DNA from: Lytechinus pictus
Taxonomy: Eukaryota
Direction: 5' to 3'
Length of the DNA stretch: 64,000 bases
NCBI RefSeq assembly: GCF_037042905.1
Contig: NC_087251.1
Coordinates: forward strand, 434,001-498,000
Part shown: one piece after another, positions 1-13,285 of the stretch
Position numbering within the stretch: position 1 is the first letter of the stretch
How the letters are laid out: every line of letters starts with the position of its first letter
Position numbers and translations under genes: made by a program
The notes under the pieces: generated by a model
The model's database searches: none
The model's input: the letters and a program-made list of their open reading frames with translations, nothing else
Told to the model about the DNA's origin: nothing

Positions 1-660
1 GGAGATGTATTCGGATTGAATTCGGTTGGATTATGGGAGGCATTTGGGCTATTCTGGGCAGAATCGGACCTATTTGTATTTGTGAAATAACGGTCCAAAT
101 CATTTAGCCAAATAGACCCGAATATCATGAAAAGAGCAGAATATGCCCAGAATGCCCTGAATATCTCCCCAAATCCATACGAATCGTCTCCTTAATACAG
201 AGCAGAATACAGGCAAGAGAGCCATATAGGCCAGGATACGGCAGAATAGCAGCCAAACGGGTCGATTTCGGCCCAATTCAGTTGATTCTGGTGGAATTTT
301 CGGGAAATTCAGTGGCGTACTCGACGCATTCGGCAAATTTGTTCTGATTCGGGTCGACATTTGGGTAATCTTTTGGTTATAAATGGAACATTCAGGCCAC
401 ATGTGGCTTGATTCTTGCCATCTTTGGCTTGATTCTTGCCCACTAATTGGGTTGGCATACCACTTTATTCAGGATGGCCAATATTGATTCATGTCACTTG
501 GCAATTCTGCTCAGATTCGGGACCTATCATGGACCTATTCATCTCTGATTCGGGGAACTCACTAAATCAGTGACTAATAGGTTTCGAATCCACTGAATCC
601 ATCAGGCCATATTCGGGCCGAAACAATCAACATTTATTTGGGAGAATTCAATTTTAGTGA
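1..660. mobile_element. Truncated repeat or DNA-transposon fragment rich in GAAT/ATTCGG motifs
   Basis: Compositionally distinct, with many short self-complementary motifs. The left end lies outside the window. Confidence 0.3.
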
Positions 661-864
661 TACCCTGGCTTTATCTTGCCAAGTTGACTTCTAAAAAGTT
701 TCATGTCGACATGGCGAGATATAATATCTTGCCATGTGCACATGGTGAGATACATGGTGGGCATATCTTAGCATGTTTATATACAACTTTATAAGTCGGC
801 TCCTAAGGACCATTGAACTTTGACTGCATTAAATTTTTTTATCACAAGTAAACAAATTGTTTAA

Positions 865-1452
865 AGGACAAGTCCACCCCAACAAAAAGTTGATTTGAAA
901 AGAAAGAGAAAAATCCAACAAGCATAACACCGAACATTTCATCAAAATCGGATACAACATAAGAAAGTTATGACATTTTAAAGTTTTGCTTAATTGCACA
1001 TCCTGGTCGATATGCAAATGAGGAGACTGGTGACGTCATCCACTCCCTATTTCTTTTGTATTTTATTATACGAAATATGAAATATTTTAATTTTCCCCTC
1101 ATTGTCAAGTGAAACAACAATTAATTCCTCCCTGAACATGTGGAATTAGCATTGTTTAATACTATAATGGTTCAGTCAAGTTGGTCCTTATTGTCAAATG
1201 TGTAAAACAATGAAATATTGTATTATTCAAACAATAAAAAACAAAAGAAATAGTGAGTGAGGGATATCATCGACTGACTCATTTACATGTCACTGAGTTG
1301 TGCATATCACTGTTTTGTGAAAAATAAGGGAAACTTTAAAATGCCATAACTTTCTTATTCTATATCCGATTTTGATGAAATTTTCAGCGTTCTGCTAGTG
1401 TGATTTTTCTCTATTTATTCAAATCAACATTTTTTTGGGGTGGACTTAACCT
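865..1452. mobile_element. Kolobok-type non-autonomous DNA transposon (MITE)
   Basis: TTAA|AGGACAAGTCCACCCC...GGGGTGGACTTAACCT|GTAA. Long imperfect TIRs and a TTAA-type TSD. Confidence 0.8.
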
Positions 1453-1619
1453 GTAACATGGTTATTTTATACTCAATAAAGAAACTTAATTGGATATGAA
1501 TATATATATTGTATTCCTCTCCTTTCAATTGAGTTTGGATGTGAGAAGAGTGATGACTTAACATAAAACGGAATGGGAATGGAAGAAGAGTGATAGGGTA
1601 ACAGAGGGATGGGTAGAGG

Positions 1620-2080
1620 CCCGGGGGGGGGGGGCCACTTGCATTGACGAGTGGATACCATGGGCGACCAAAAAAAAACACGTAAAAAGGATGTCTTTTC
1701 AAGATAGGGCACGTACGTAACGTAATAAGGGTGTCAAAAACACTAAAATAATTAAAACCAGGTATCACTATACGTGTTTAGAGTCCGATTTGCGGGAGGT
1801 GTGGGAGGTAGGGCTGTACTAAACCCAATGATGTAGGTAAAGGTGAAACCGATGTCCCCGACAGAAAACAAAATATCGCTGTATTTGTTTAGAGGTTCAA
1901 TTCAAAGAATACTTGCCAAGGATATCGTTTTGCTTCCAATACTTAGGATTTCACATGCCAATACTTGTTAAGGGGTGCATTTTCAGAAAATGGAAAATAC
2001 GTGTTAAGGGTGCTTTTCGAGACCCCATGTTCACACATGGTATCCACTTGTCAATGGAAGGCCCCCCCCCCCCCCCCGAG
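1620..2080. mobile_element. MITE with CCCGGG-polyG termini inserted at the edge of a minisatellite
   Basis: TIR CCCG(G)nCCACTTGCATTGACGAGTGGATACCATG vs CATGGTATCCACTTGTCAATGGAAGG(C)nGAG. GG flanks both ends. Confidence 0.75.
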
Positions 2081-2669
2081 GGATGAAAGAAGAGTGACGA
2101 TGTAACAGAGAGGGATGGAAGGAAAGTGATGGGGTAACAGAGTAGGAGGGATGGAAGGAGAGTGATGATGTAACAGAGCGAGAGGGATGAAAGGAAAGTG
2201 ATGGGGTAACAGAGTGAGAGGGATGGAAGGAAAGTGATGTGGTAACAGAGTGAGAGGGATGAAAAGAAAGTGATGGGGTAACAGAGTGAGAGGGATGGAA
2301 GAAGAGTGATGATGTAACAGAGTGAGAGGGGTGGAAGGAGAGTGATGATGTAACAGAGAGGGATGAAAGGAAAGTGATGGGGTAACAGAGTGAGAGGGAT
2401 GAAAAGAAAGTGATGGGGGAACAGAGTGAGAGGGATGAAAAGAAAGTGATAGGGTAACGTAACAGAGTGAGAGGGATGGAAGAAGAGTGATGATGTAACA
2501 GAGTGAGAGGGGTGGAAGGAGAGTGATGATGTAACAGAGAGGGATGAAAGGAAAGTGATGGGGTAACAGAGTGAGAGGGATGAAAAGAAAGTGATGGGGG
2601 AACAGAGTGAGAGGGATGGAAGGAGAGTGATGAGGTAACAGAGTGAGAGGGATGGAAGGAGAGTGATGA
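2081..2669 (+). repeat. Purine-rich minisatellite with ~32-36-bp units (GAGAGGGATGGAAGGAGAGTGATGATGTAACAGAGT-like)
   Basis: Tandem variant units are directly visible. One more degenerate unit lies at ~1577-1617, left of the MITE. Confidence 0.9.
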
Positions 2670-2693
2670 ACTAGGCATATTAAGCTAAAAACC

Positions 2694-2900
2694 AGTGCCG
2701 ACCACACAGAAACGTTATTAGCCTAACACAGCGCTAATAGTAAGCTCAGTCAACTCTTTTGGTTTGGTAAGTCAAAGTATTTATTTCAATGTGTAAGTAA
2801 TGCATTGTGGTAACATTAGGCATCGTTGTTGAAACACCTGTTGTAACAGGGCTTCTGTTAGTGCACTGTTAGCGCTAACGTTTCTGTGCGGTCAATACAG
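2694..2900. mobile_element. Small MITE
   Basis: Inverted repeat GACCACACAGAAACGTTA vs TAACGTTTCTGTGCGGTC, ~200 bp apart. Confidence 0.55.
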
Positions 2901-2949
2901 TAAAATAGAAGAGATCATGTATGTTAGAGAGTGAGATAAAGGGAATGAG

Positions 2950-5900
2950 ACACAAGGACATGGGATTCATCACAGTAAGTAGAAAACCAATGAATCAATA
3001 AAAAGAAATGGTAAGGTGAAAAGGAGACAAGTGAATGTGGTCAACAGAAACTAAAACAAGATACATGAAGGACAGGTTTAGATTTGTGACAAAACATGTT
3101 CTTAAGTAACTACATTTTGGGGGGACGTAATCTTGTAAAACTTCATCTCTCAAACGACGTCACATTTCAATCACAGCAATAAGGTATTTGCTCAGGTGAT
3201 AAATTATCCAAGAATTATTCAAGGAAGGGGGTTGGTAACAGCTCATAAATGCTTTGCGACATAACCACATCATCAAAGTTACTTTGGAAATACAAAGCCA
3301 ATGTATGATTAATTAATAACTTCAAGGCATCTAGAATTAGCAATATATCAATAGTGATATGAACTTTGGCAAGACCCTTATTTACACATTTCCGATTTCT
3401 TTTAAAAAGTGTTGAAATGTGAAATCCATACCTTCTCACATCTACAGTATTTTTACCTGTCATGAAATCAATGACTGAACAACTAAATTCACAAAGAAAT
3501 CAAGAGAATTTTGGTCCTCAACCATTTATTATCCATCACTTTCTGCTGATTAATCTTGTAACCTCTTAAAATGTAGTATAGCATGTTAACCATTACTGGA
3601 ACAGTGTTAATGTACAATGTGAATCACATAATTCAGTCATCAACAAGTAAATCTACTGCTTAACAGAACCAGGTGGTACAAAGCCTATGTGAAGAAAAGA
3701 CTTTAGGGGCCAAGCTGAGAAATTGCCTTGGATTCATGCAGATGCATTTTGTTTCTTCAATCAGGCTTTGTTAATGAAAAGTTTTCAAGAACGATATTTT
3801 AAACACTGACATTTTTATGACAGTTTTCTTTGATATGGAATAAAGGAAATGAATATTGTTTCTTATCCATTTCCTTTTCAACAATTTCAATATTGAATAA
3901 ATATTTACATTCATATATCCTTACTTTATTTTCAGTCTCCTAAGTCTTCAGAAAAATGAAATTCCAGCCACCTAAAGAAATCGTACATGTCAAAGACTGA
4001 AAAAAAATGAACTAGAACTTTTTCAGCTCAATTTTTTTTCTCATCCTTTTGACTTGAACACACTAAGAGAAACAAAAACAGTTTCCAGACCATTAAGAAG
4101 TTGCATCCCGCACTACATCAATAGAGGCACCCTACTAAAAGTCAGTCTCTTGTTTCATACCCCTATCCTACATATTTCCATCTTTAATCTTCATCATAGA
4201 CAAATCAATTGGGTTTGCTACAACACCATTGTTAAAGATGCATAAAGCCTACAAAGAAGGATTCCTGATAAAAGATTTTTAGTAGGGTGCCTAAATGAAA
4301 TATTCTCTCAGGCTATCCACATTTACTTTGATCTCTACTAGCAATAACTTACACAGGTAGTTACAACATTGGTAAATCATTCTTAGTATTCTTGAGCCTG
4401 TTAGGTGAGTTAGCTACCAATTCAATTAAGTGTGTTGGTTTGATCAAATTCTGCTACTTGAGGTAAAATGTGTAAATCTAAAGGCAGTTGATTTTCAACT
4501 GGAAACAGTTGACAGAAAATTTGGATAAATGCTGGTTATTCTTTGCTTCTGACTGAATACGTCTTGACATGAATTGTTCAATTTAATTCTGTTCATGATA
4601 GCAATAGGTTGAGAAACCGATAAACATTCATTCACATTTCTCTCAATTCCACAGATTCTTTACTTGATATCTGATGAATGCATTTATCAGAGAAATTGTC
4701 GGTCTTTCCAAAGTCATAAGTAAGCAAAAAGAAGTTAAGATAATTCTGCTTTTCAAAAATCTTTGTTGTATAGTAAACTTTGAGGCCAAACCATATACAC
4801 CTGGACTTGTCTACACAGAAAATGATTTTGTAATTGTTGCTTTTCAAACAACACACAGGGGCATTTAGATAAAATGCAATCAAATTTCTCACCAAATCCT
4901 AGAAGCGAATTCACTGATGAAATGTTCAGGCTAAAATTCTTGATAAATAGTGTTTTAAAGTAAGAGTTCAAGACCTTTAGAAGAATGAGAAGCTTATTGA
5001 TACTTGAGTACAAAAATTGAAATGGCTATTTACATATCTTTTTACAGTCTATGAAAATATTAAATAATTTTCATATCTTCCCACAACAAAATAGATATGA
5101 AACGAGTATACTACAACAGGAAAAAACAATGTCTCCTAGTTTGCTTCATTCTTAAATGTCTCTTATACTTGTCACCAAAAGGCTGCCTAGTTATTCAACA
5201 TCATTATGAAATAGATTTTCAAGAAAAAAAAGGAGAATAATCATCTAACACTCAAAAACAGTAATCTACACTACATCGATCAAACTAACATTCTTGCATT
5301 GCAACATCATATTTAAATGAATACTAGTACCTAATTGAAGTCCATCCTGAAAATTATTTGAGCAAAAAAGATGGGAAACAAGACAGAAATTGCAAGCAAA
5401 ATTTAGATTACAAGGTTCCTTTAAAAAAAATATCAAACAAAGTCGCCAGCTGATCATGAATCTTGAGATCTCATATCAAATTTACTCATTGGCCTTTGAC
5501 ATGCTTGATTGCATATTGGCACAACTAAGGGTTGTTTATGCACCACTCTTTTACCCAAGAATCATGATTTGAAACACATTTTGTAAAACGTTCCTGCAGA
5601 ATCACGTTTGCGTTAAATCAAATGTAAACATGTTTCAAATCACAAAAATGAAATGTGGAAAAAAAAGGCATTTGGAAAGATGTTTCTGCAGAACCACATT
5701 CAAAATCGGTCAATTAAATGTAATACTTGATTCAATGACATCATATTGTCAGCCTAATTACATGTTCATGAAAATGTGAAGCCAGTACTCATTTTCAACT
5801 CACACAGTAGCTGACACATGTTTTGAAAATCCACATGTATTTTTTTCAATTCAAACCCGCATAGAAGTTGACCTATATTTCCAGGGTCAAACTGCACACT

Positions 5901-8578
5901 ACAATGCGCACTAGCTAAGCTTGAAGTGAGGGAGAAACAGCATTAGAGAGAGGGCCGATTAAACCCTGATTCTGCAGTCCCTGAGATTTATGTTTGTGTT
6001 TTAAATCATGATTCACGTTTGTGGTTATACCAGTTGTTTATAGGGTAACATAAACATAGCCTAAATAATAAATGTATATCCAACAGAACAGCCACTCAAC
6101 TGGCATGTTAAAGAGTTTAACCAAAAAAAAATTCTACAGAAGAAATTCTGTCATGCATGCAAGTGGTTCATTTTTTCATTTTTTTTACATAATTCATGAA
6201 TGAAAAGAAATAATTTTTTCAACATAATTCATAATGCATACATGTACAGTAATGACAAAAACAAGGTTTATTGAAGTCTGCCAACAAAGAAATAAAATAA
6301 ATGATGTATGACAAAAGAATTCAAGGATGGACCTCCATTAGAAAATAAAATAAAATGAGCTTGAATTCAAATGTATACAATATAAAGAAATCAAACATAT
6401 GAAAACAGTGCAAGGAAGACATTTTTCCCTATTTTGTATTTATACATTTTTTGTCGTGTTGAATATTTTGGGATGACAGCTTTCATCACTAACTGATACC
6501 TATGAGCCCTCCATTAGACACCAACATGTACTATTAAGAATACATACTCTTAAATTACTTAAAAAGAACTAAATGAGGTAAATTTACAATATACAATGTA
6601 GCTTTGTTAAATGTTGCTGCTTTAATCTAACAAATTTAACAACTAGCTTGTGAAAGCTGAAGCGTACTGATACCAGTTTTATCTACATGGTATTATTACA
6701 TTTTTTTAAATGTACTACAATCAATATCTACAGTTTGCAATCGGAAGAACCACAATATTCACATTCCCAAATAGTCTTCAATTCAACATTCAAGTTTCAT
6801 TCAAATATGGTAGGACAAAACTGAGAATCATTTTTCTTAATGTTCACTCGGACAAATTATGATAATGAACACACATTACACACTTCAAGTCCCATAAATT
6901 GTTGAAAGTTGCAAACTCATGATATCACAATGAATTGGCTATGATGGCATGAGACATGTTAAGACATCATAATGAGTTTATTATCTCTTGAGTTTATCTT
7001 AAAAACATGTGCAACTTTTGCCAAGATTGACTTCACACCAACTTTTATAAGGAATTTGAATGAACAACGGCACAGAAAGAAGACTGCTTTAGATCCTATT
7101 GACTTGGTGCACAGAAAGAAGACTGCTTTAGATCCCATTGACTTGGTGCACAGAAAGAAGACTGCTTTAGATCCCATTGACTTGGTGCACAGAAAGAAGA
7201 CTGCTTTAGATCCTATTGACTTGGTGCACAGAAAGAAGACTGCTTTAGATCCTATTGACTTGGTGCACAGAAAGAAGACTGCATTAGATCCTATTGACTT
7301 GGTGCACAGAAAGAAGACTGCTTTAGATCCTATTGACTTGGTGCACAGAAAGAAGACTGCTTTAGATCCTATTGACTTGGTGCACAGAAAGAAGACTGCT
7401 TTAGATCCTATTGACTTGGTGCACAGAAAGAAGACTGCTTTAGATCCTATTGACTTGGTGCACAGAAAGAAGACTGCTTTAGATCCTATTGACTTGGTGC
7501 ACAGAAAGAAGACTGCTTTAGATCCTATTGACTTGGTGCACAGAAAGAAGACTGCTTTAGATCCTATTGACTTGGTGCACAGAAAGAAGACTGCTTTAGA
7601 TCCTATTGACTTGGTGCACAGAAAGAAGACTGCTTTAGATCCTATTGACTTGGTGCACAGAAAGAAGACTGCTTTAGATCCTATTGACTTGGTGCACAGA
7701 AAGAAGACTGCTTTAGATCCTATTGACTTGGTGCACAGAAAGAAGACTGCTTTAGATCCTATTGACTTGGTGCACAGAAAGAAGACTGCTTTAGATCCTA
7801 TTGACTTGGTGCACAGAAAGAAGACTGCTTTAGATCCTATTGACTTGGTGCACCGAAAGAAGACTGCTTTAGATCTTATTGACTTGGTGCACAGAAAGAA
7901 GACTGCTTTAGATCCTATTGACTTAGTGCACAAAGCATTGTGGGGCAATGCTGGCCTATGTTTGAATGAGGCGTAAATATGACTTATTCAATGTCTCTTT
8001 AATTTTAGTATTATAACAAACTCAATAAATTTAAAAATGTAAATTATTTCTACAAACACAGGGACTCTATATCACACTAATTCAATAAATATATTCCATT
8101 TCATTACCTGTAAATCCCTTTTCAATGCATGCTAGTCATCTCATCAAAATTATTTACATCAAAGTGATTTACTTAACAAGTTAGTTTTTATTATAGTAGT
8201 TTTTTTGTAATACAATACATTCAATGTAAATTACAGAAAAAATAAAATTGTGAGAAAAGTAAATTTTATTCCATGAAATAGGAAATTATGATTTAGTATG
8301 ATTATTGTTGATGATTTATTCATCTCTTATCTTAGAAAAAAAAACCTTCAAATCACTTAAAGTGATTGTGATGAAGGACAATATAAAGGAATGACATATC
8401 TTAACAAATTCACTTCACATTGTTGGCCAAAATGAAGAATATATCGATGACTCGTGCAAAAGGCAAAGCAAACTACAGGGCATTTATAAAGAATCCAACA
8501 TACAAACTTTACTCTCACAATTTGATCAACACCAACAGAAAGAAAACATACTGAAAGTGAAATCCAAATTTTGATCAG
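2950..8578 (-). other. Candidate long 3' UTR of the BAZ1A-like gene (true 3' end not determinable)
   Basis: Follows the stop codon. AT-rich and nearly free of recognisable TEs, unlike the introns. Several AATAAA on the minus strand (plus-strand TTTATT near 8265, 6267, 3925, 3525). Confidence 0.4.
7071..7928 (+). repeat. Tandem array, 22 x 39 bp (CACAGAAAGAAGACTGCTTTAGATCCTATTGACTTGGTG)
   Basis: Exact 39-bp period, with only a few single-base variants, mostly near the edges. No spacers. Confidence 0.97.
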
Positions 8579-8872
8579 TTATCGTTGCCGGGAGCGCTTT
8601 CTTGAAGTGGGCGTGTCCGTATCAGCAGTGCCACCATCTTCAAGGCTAACCTCAATGTCTAGTTCTTTGATTCGCTTCTCAAGGAAGGCAGATACTTTAA
8701 GTCCAGCCTTGTATTCTGGGCTTGATCTACGGTTGTACTGTTGACAGTTGGTAAAAATGAGTCTAGCATCGGCGATGAGCTCAGCTGCATTAGAGTACTG
8801 GTAATCATTGACCTTGGTCTGCATTGCTGAAAAGTCCATGGGACGCTTGATGATACGATAGTAATCAGGGGC
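8579..8872 (-). CDS. BAZ1A: Terminal coding exon, bromodomain C-terminal part and stop (APDYYRIIKRPMDFSAMQTKVN...NCQQYN...EYKAG...SRKRSRQR*)
   Basis: tctcag|GCC acceptor (phase 0). PDYY-IIK-PMD and NC--YN bromodomain motifs, BAZ1A-like KVN and E-KAG--AF. TAA at 8581-8579. Confidence 0.9.
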   Translation of the reverse strand, partial: APDYYRIIKRPMDFSAMQTKVNDYQYSNAAELIADARLIFTNCQQYNRRSSPEYKAGLKVSAFLEKRIKELDIEVSLEDGGTADTDTPTSRKRSRQR

Positions 8873-10629
8873 CTGAGACAGAAACAAAAGTACAGAGTTA
8901 TTGAAGTCATGTGACCTCACATGTAAGTAGCTCCCCTATATGTCATGCAATCCCATGGTGTGCCATTTCTCTCCTGTATATATTCAATCAGACACATATT
9001 CATACAAGCTTTTAGGAAGAAAATCATTCACAATGAATTTTGACCAAGCCCCCATGTTTCATCATTCTGCTTTTATCTAACCCAAATTGTTTGTTAAAAT
9101 ATGTACACAAAGAATACATGAATTTTAAATCCTATGTCTGTGTTGGTTTGAATGTACAAGTATAATAGTGCACCCAGTAGTGACATGTTTCTCTGAGCAA
9201 CATTTAATATGTAGCAAACGGGCATAGTGGAGTTGTGTAAATATCGGCCTGTTTTCAATTTGAATAATAATAATGGTCTTTATTAGGCATCAAAACATTC
9301 TTGGCAGCCAATGGCTGAATTGTAAATATTTGTACAGAGTAAAAAATTCACATACAAATTCAACAGAAGAGTTTAGTGCTGCCACCAAACGGATATCCGA
9401 ACGGTTTCCGCCCGCGTGGACAGATAACGGTTTTCATTTTTCGGGTTTGGGTATCCATGGACACTGATTCACCACTTTCCTGTCACAAAAACTCATTAAA
9501 TTTAGTAAGACTCACCAACAAAATTTATAAGTTTTGGTCGCCAATATAATCACCAATATCAATTAATCTTCTTCGGTAATATATTACCGCCGAAAACCAT
9601 CGTTTTTATATCAGTTTTGAAACATGACCTTATATAAGTTTTGGAGCATGACCGTCCGTAAATAGAGTAAAGTTCCGTTCTGACAACGATGGCGATTTTA
9701 CTATGGTGTCGCTTAAGATCGTTTTTCTTTCTCGTATTATGTTTTGATGATTTCAAATCCGTAACTCATCGTATATTTTCTTACCTCGACTTTCAATGCG
9801 AGTGAAGAATGCAGATAATTTGAAACCATTTAAGCGTCAAATAAATGTTGATCGGGTTACTCGGGTGTGTCATGTTGTTTCTTGTAATCTATTCATCAAA
9901 TGCAAAATGAATTCTACTTTTTCTCACAGCAACTTTGGTTACCAATGAAGATACTGGTGATTATGATAATGGCGGACTTTGTGATGAATGATAATGAGAG
10001 TGAAACTGAAATGAATGACGATGATGATGAGTGATGGCTAGTGAAAATGATTTTAAATGATTATCAAGATTTGTGAAGATGATAGCGATGAATGATGAGA
10101 ATTATGAAAGAATGATAATTGTCAATTGAAAATCTCTTTCATGAATTAATATTTAATATATAAATTACGAAACACACATTTTCCTTTATTTCAGTTTAAA
10201 TGGCGTATCCACTATAAATTTTGATATCATCACGTAAACGACAATACTTAAAAGGCGGTATCGTGCCAGAAAGGTTTATGATGTGCGCCCGCCGTTTATG
10301 ATGTGGTCGGTTGTGAATACGTGTTTTGCAGTAAAACTTACTGGTGATGAATGTAAGTGATTGGTTACTGTTACTGTGATTAAATCTTGTCTTGAATCTT
10401 TGTTAGAAATGTGATTATGTTTCAAAAGTTGAAAAATGAGAAGCTTGGCTATAATTTGGGGAATGGGGAGAAACCCGACATGAAACTGAAAATATTCCAA
10501 GTACGATCCCATTTGAAGGTGCAGCGAGTGTAATGTGACCAAATATATATCGGACGGTTCACTCCAGACAGGACAGCACATGCGTGAGCTGAATGATGTA
10601 GGCCTGTCTGGTTTTAGATTTTTAGTAAT

Positions 10630-11235
10630 AGAGACTTTTAGGAGCAGTGAACGTGAACGACGTAGCAGTCCTCTGATCGTTTGAGTCAACGGCGTCGTCT
10701 GCCCTTGTTCACTACAATTGCGAATACTTTAGATTTCTCTCGACTTGTACGTGTACGTAAATCCACGTGAAACAGCGCGATAACCAGCGGGTCATGACAC
10801 GCTGCCCGTCACGGAAGATCTGGCGTACGATCGCCTGGCGACCCGGTCGGGTGATGCGAAAGTGCAACTTGTGCACACGTACCCTTTCACTTGCTTTGAT
10901 TCCTTTTTGCTCGAGTTAGGATATATATCGATATAAATTTTGGAGGTCAGAAAGCAATTCCAAATATGATAAACATAATGCATCGTACAACTTACATTAA
11001 TTTTGTGAAAAGTCACTGTAAACTGTGTTTTAAAAGGGAAAGGTGGGCTTGAATGGTCAAAATGACGTCCCTCACGTACACGTCCACTATGATTTAGGAG
11101 AACCGCAAAATAGATGTGGCGAGGTTCTCGATTCTGATAGTGGACGTGTGTGAGGACCTGAGGCATATGGAACGCCAAAAATTGACGTCATCTCGTACCA
11201 GTCCACTATGTGGACGTACATTTCTAAAAGTGCTC
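10630..11235. mobile_element. PIF/Harbinger-like non-autonomous element
   Basis: AAT|AGAGACTTTTAG...CTAAAAGTGCTC|AAT. Imperfect TIR with a 3-bp flank, GC-richer interior. Confidence 0.5.
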
Positions 11236-11322
11236 AATAGTAGACTCGCACTTACACTCGCCTAGGTCAAATTCATTGCATCTTATTTCATTCAATCGGA
11301 ACTAAAAAATAAACACACAAAT

Positions 11323-11540
11323 GGGGTGTTGCAAGAAACTTGCGATCAATTTCAAGTCTATTTTTGGTCCCTAAATTAATCATATGTCTTGTAGTTAATT
11401 GCAAATAAGTGATTGATTGCTAATCTGCTCCTTGAAACAAGAAGTTTAATCTGATTTGCTACAGTTAACATTGATCTATCAGTTGTAAAATTGCAACAGA
11501 ATATTTGCAATTGATCGCAAATATTTTCTTGCAACACCCC
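11323..11540. mobile_element. MITE (Harbinger-like)
   Basis: TIR GGGGTGTTGCAAGAAA...TTTCTTGCAACACCCC, plus inner TTGCGATCAATT/AATTGATCGCAA. Confidence 0.8.
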
Positions 11541-11944
11541 CATACTCTCGCAACCATTAAATGGGATTGTAACTAGGCCCGACTTGTATAACTCAAATAA
11601 TAGTCATTTACTAATAGCTTACACAGTCATACAATCTACATTTGTAGCCGTAGCCTCACGCTAACTCACATTAGTCAAATCCGATTGCAAAACAGATTCA
11701 ACCCAAAATATTCAGCTTCTCGTAATTTCGTGGTTTTTAGAAATATTTTAATTAGCACACGCTGACTCTCTCCATCATCGGATAGGTTCAAAACTCAAAT
11801 ATAACTGAAAATCTTAAATATAACTCAAATAAGTGCAAATGGATATTATTTTTTATATTTCAGGGTAAAATTTCGGATACCCGTCTGCCGTCCGGTTTTC
11901 AGTGTCGGGTATCCGAATATTGAAATATCCGTTTCAAGTCAGGC

Positions 11945-12420
11945 TAATACAAAATACAGAATATATATATGTGAAATATGATTAATCAATATACACAAGA
12001 AAGGGCGGACTCCATCCAACCTTGCAAAGATCACTAGAAAAAAGGGAAACGTTTGATTGGGACGGTATGAAGTTGACTAAGCAGTTTGAAAAAACATATT
12101 AAACTGACGGAAAGAAAGAGAGACAAAGAACAAAAGCGTATCCACGGGCACAGTTGAGTGGGATTGTTGGTAATTGAATGAAATGGGGTTTAAAAAAACA
12201 GTATAAAGATACAAAAGGCACTTTGCAAAGCTGAATGGAGCATTAAACAATGACGTAAGCATGAGACTTCGTTCGAAACTTTAAACTAAACTTGAAACGT
12301 AATCAAGAAGTCCTCACAGGCTGATCCAAATGGATGGAGAAAAGAGAAACAAGGCTGAAGAATACCTAGTCTGACGGGGTGCTTGAAGTGACCACAAAAT
12401 TGCTCTATAAGAGTAAACTA
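11945..12420 (-). mobile_element. Degraded LINE (CR1-like) 3' fragment
   Basis: VDTLLF..SLSFRQFNMFFQT resembles the C-terminal LL.G...LS...N..IF motif of marine-invertebrate CR1-type ORF2. Weak. Confidence 0.35.
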
Positions 12421-12735
12421 GAAGGATTCTTCACTGCAAACAATAAAAATTTATGCCTCTGTGATTACCATATCTAAACTATATTGCATACTTTTTCTGA
12501 TACTGTGAAAACTATCAAATGAATCTAATCACATTTTCCATTTCAGGTCATTAAAGAAAGTAATTTCAATTATATTCTGCATATTCTCATTCATTGAAAA
12601 TAAGCCTTTCATGGATTAAACATCATCTGTGAGCTTTAACCTTGGCATGACAAATGAATGAGATCATTTTCATTAATATTGAACTAGCCATTACCCCAAA
12701 CTAAGGATCATTGTCATTTCTATATGCTTGCATAC

Positions 12736-13285
12736 CAGGGTGCTACATAAGCACTTGCTCGATTGCCCGGGGCAAGTTTTTTTAAGTAAAGACCAAAACT
12801 ACTTGCCCGAATTGGGCAAGCAAAATTCTCAAAGTAGAATTACCAAAATTAGGGTCGATATGATATATTGACCCTAATTTTGGTCATGGCAGGCAAGATA
12901 AAATCACTTTGGAAAAAGAAATGCAATAACACAGTAGATCAGGGGCCTGTTTCATAAAAGACTTGCAACTGTTGTAACTTTGCCATTATGGCATCTACCA
13001 TGGTAACATGGCTCAGCAGCCAATCATAATCAAGGTTTCCATGGTAGTTGGCATAATGGCAAAGTTACAACAGTTGCAAGTCCTTTATGAAATGGGCCCC
13101 TGTTCATGTCAAAAGAGAGAAAAGGGTCAATGGTTTATAAAACCGCAAAACTTTCCTTTGGAGAGGTAAATTTCAATGATTTTTTCGGGCAAGTGAAATA
13201 GATTTTTGGGCAAGTAAATTCCAACTATTTAAAAATTTACTTGCCCGACTGGGCAAGTGCTTCTAAAAAGTTATGTAGCACCCTG
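12736..13285. mobile_element. CAGGG-ended non-autonomous element with 5-bp TSD (hAT5-like)
   Basis: Perfect 15-bp TIR CAGGGTGCTACATAA, CATAC on both sides, and subterminal ACTTGCCCG/GGGCAAGT motifs. Confidence 0.85.
12943..13099. mobile_element. Palindromic Harbinger-type MITE nested in the previous element
   Basis: CAG|GGGCC...GGCCC|CTG. Near-complete foldback with ~60-bp arms. Confidence 0.85.

Larger units (their letters stand above)
9374..11940. mobile_element. hAT-like non-autonomous element, right end truncated, with nested MITEs
   Basis: TAGTGCTGCCA terminus. AAACGGATAT/ATATCCGTTT and GGTATCC subterminal motifs at both ends. Confidence 0.5.

Noticed and set aside
2031..2707. His/Ser/Pro-rich ORFs
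   Set aside because: Translations of the minisatellite, starting at non-ATG codons.
7071..7928. CRISPR-like array
   Set aside because: The units are contiguous with no unique spacers, there are no cas genes, and the context is eukaryotic.
6959..7976. 329-aa and 334-aa ORFs as real genes
   Set aside because: They arise automatically from a 39-bp (13-codon) repeat. No domain or splice evidence supports them. Kept only as a speculative note.
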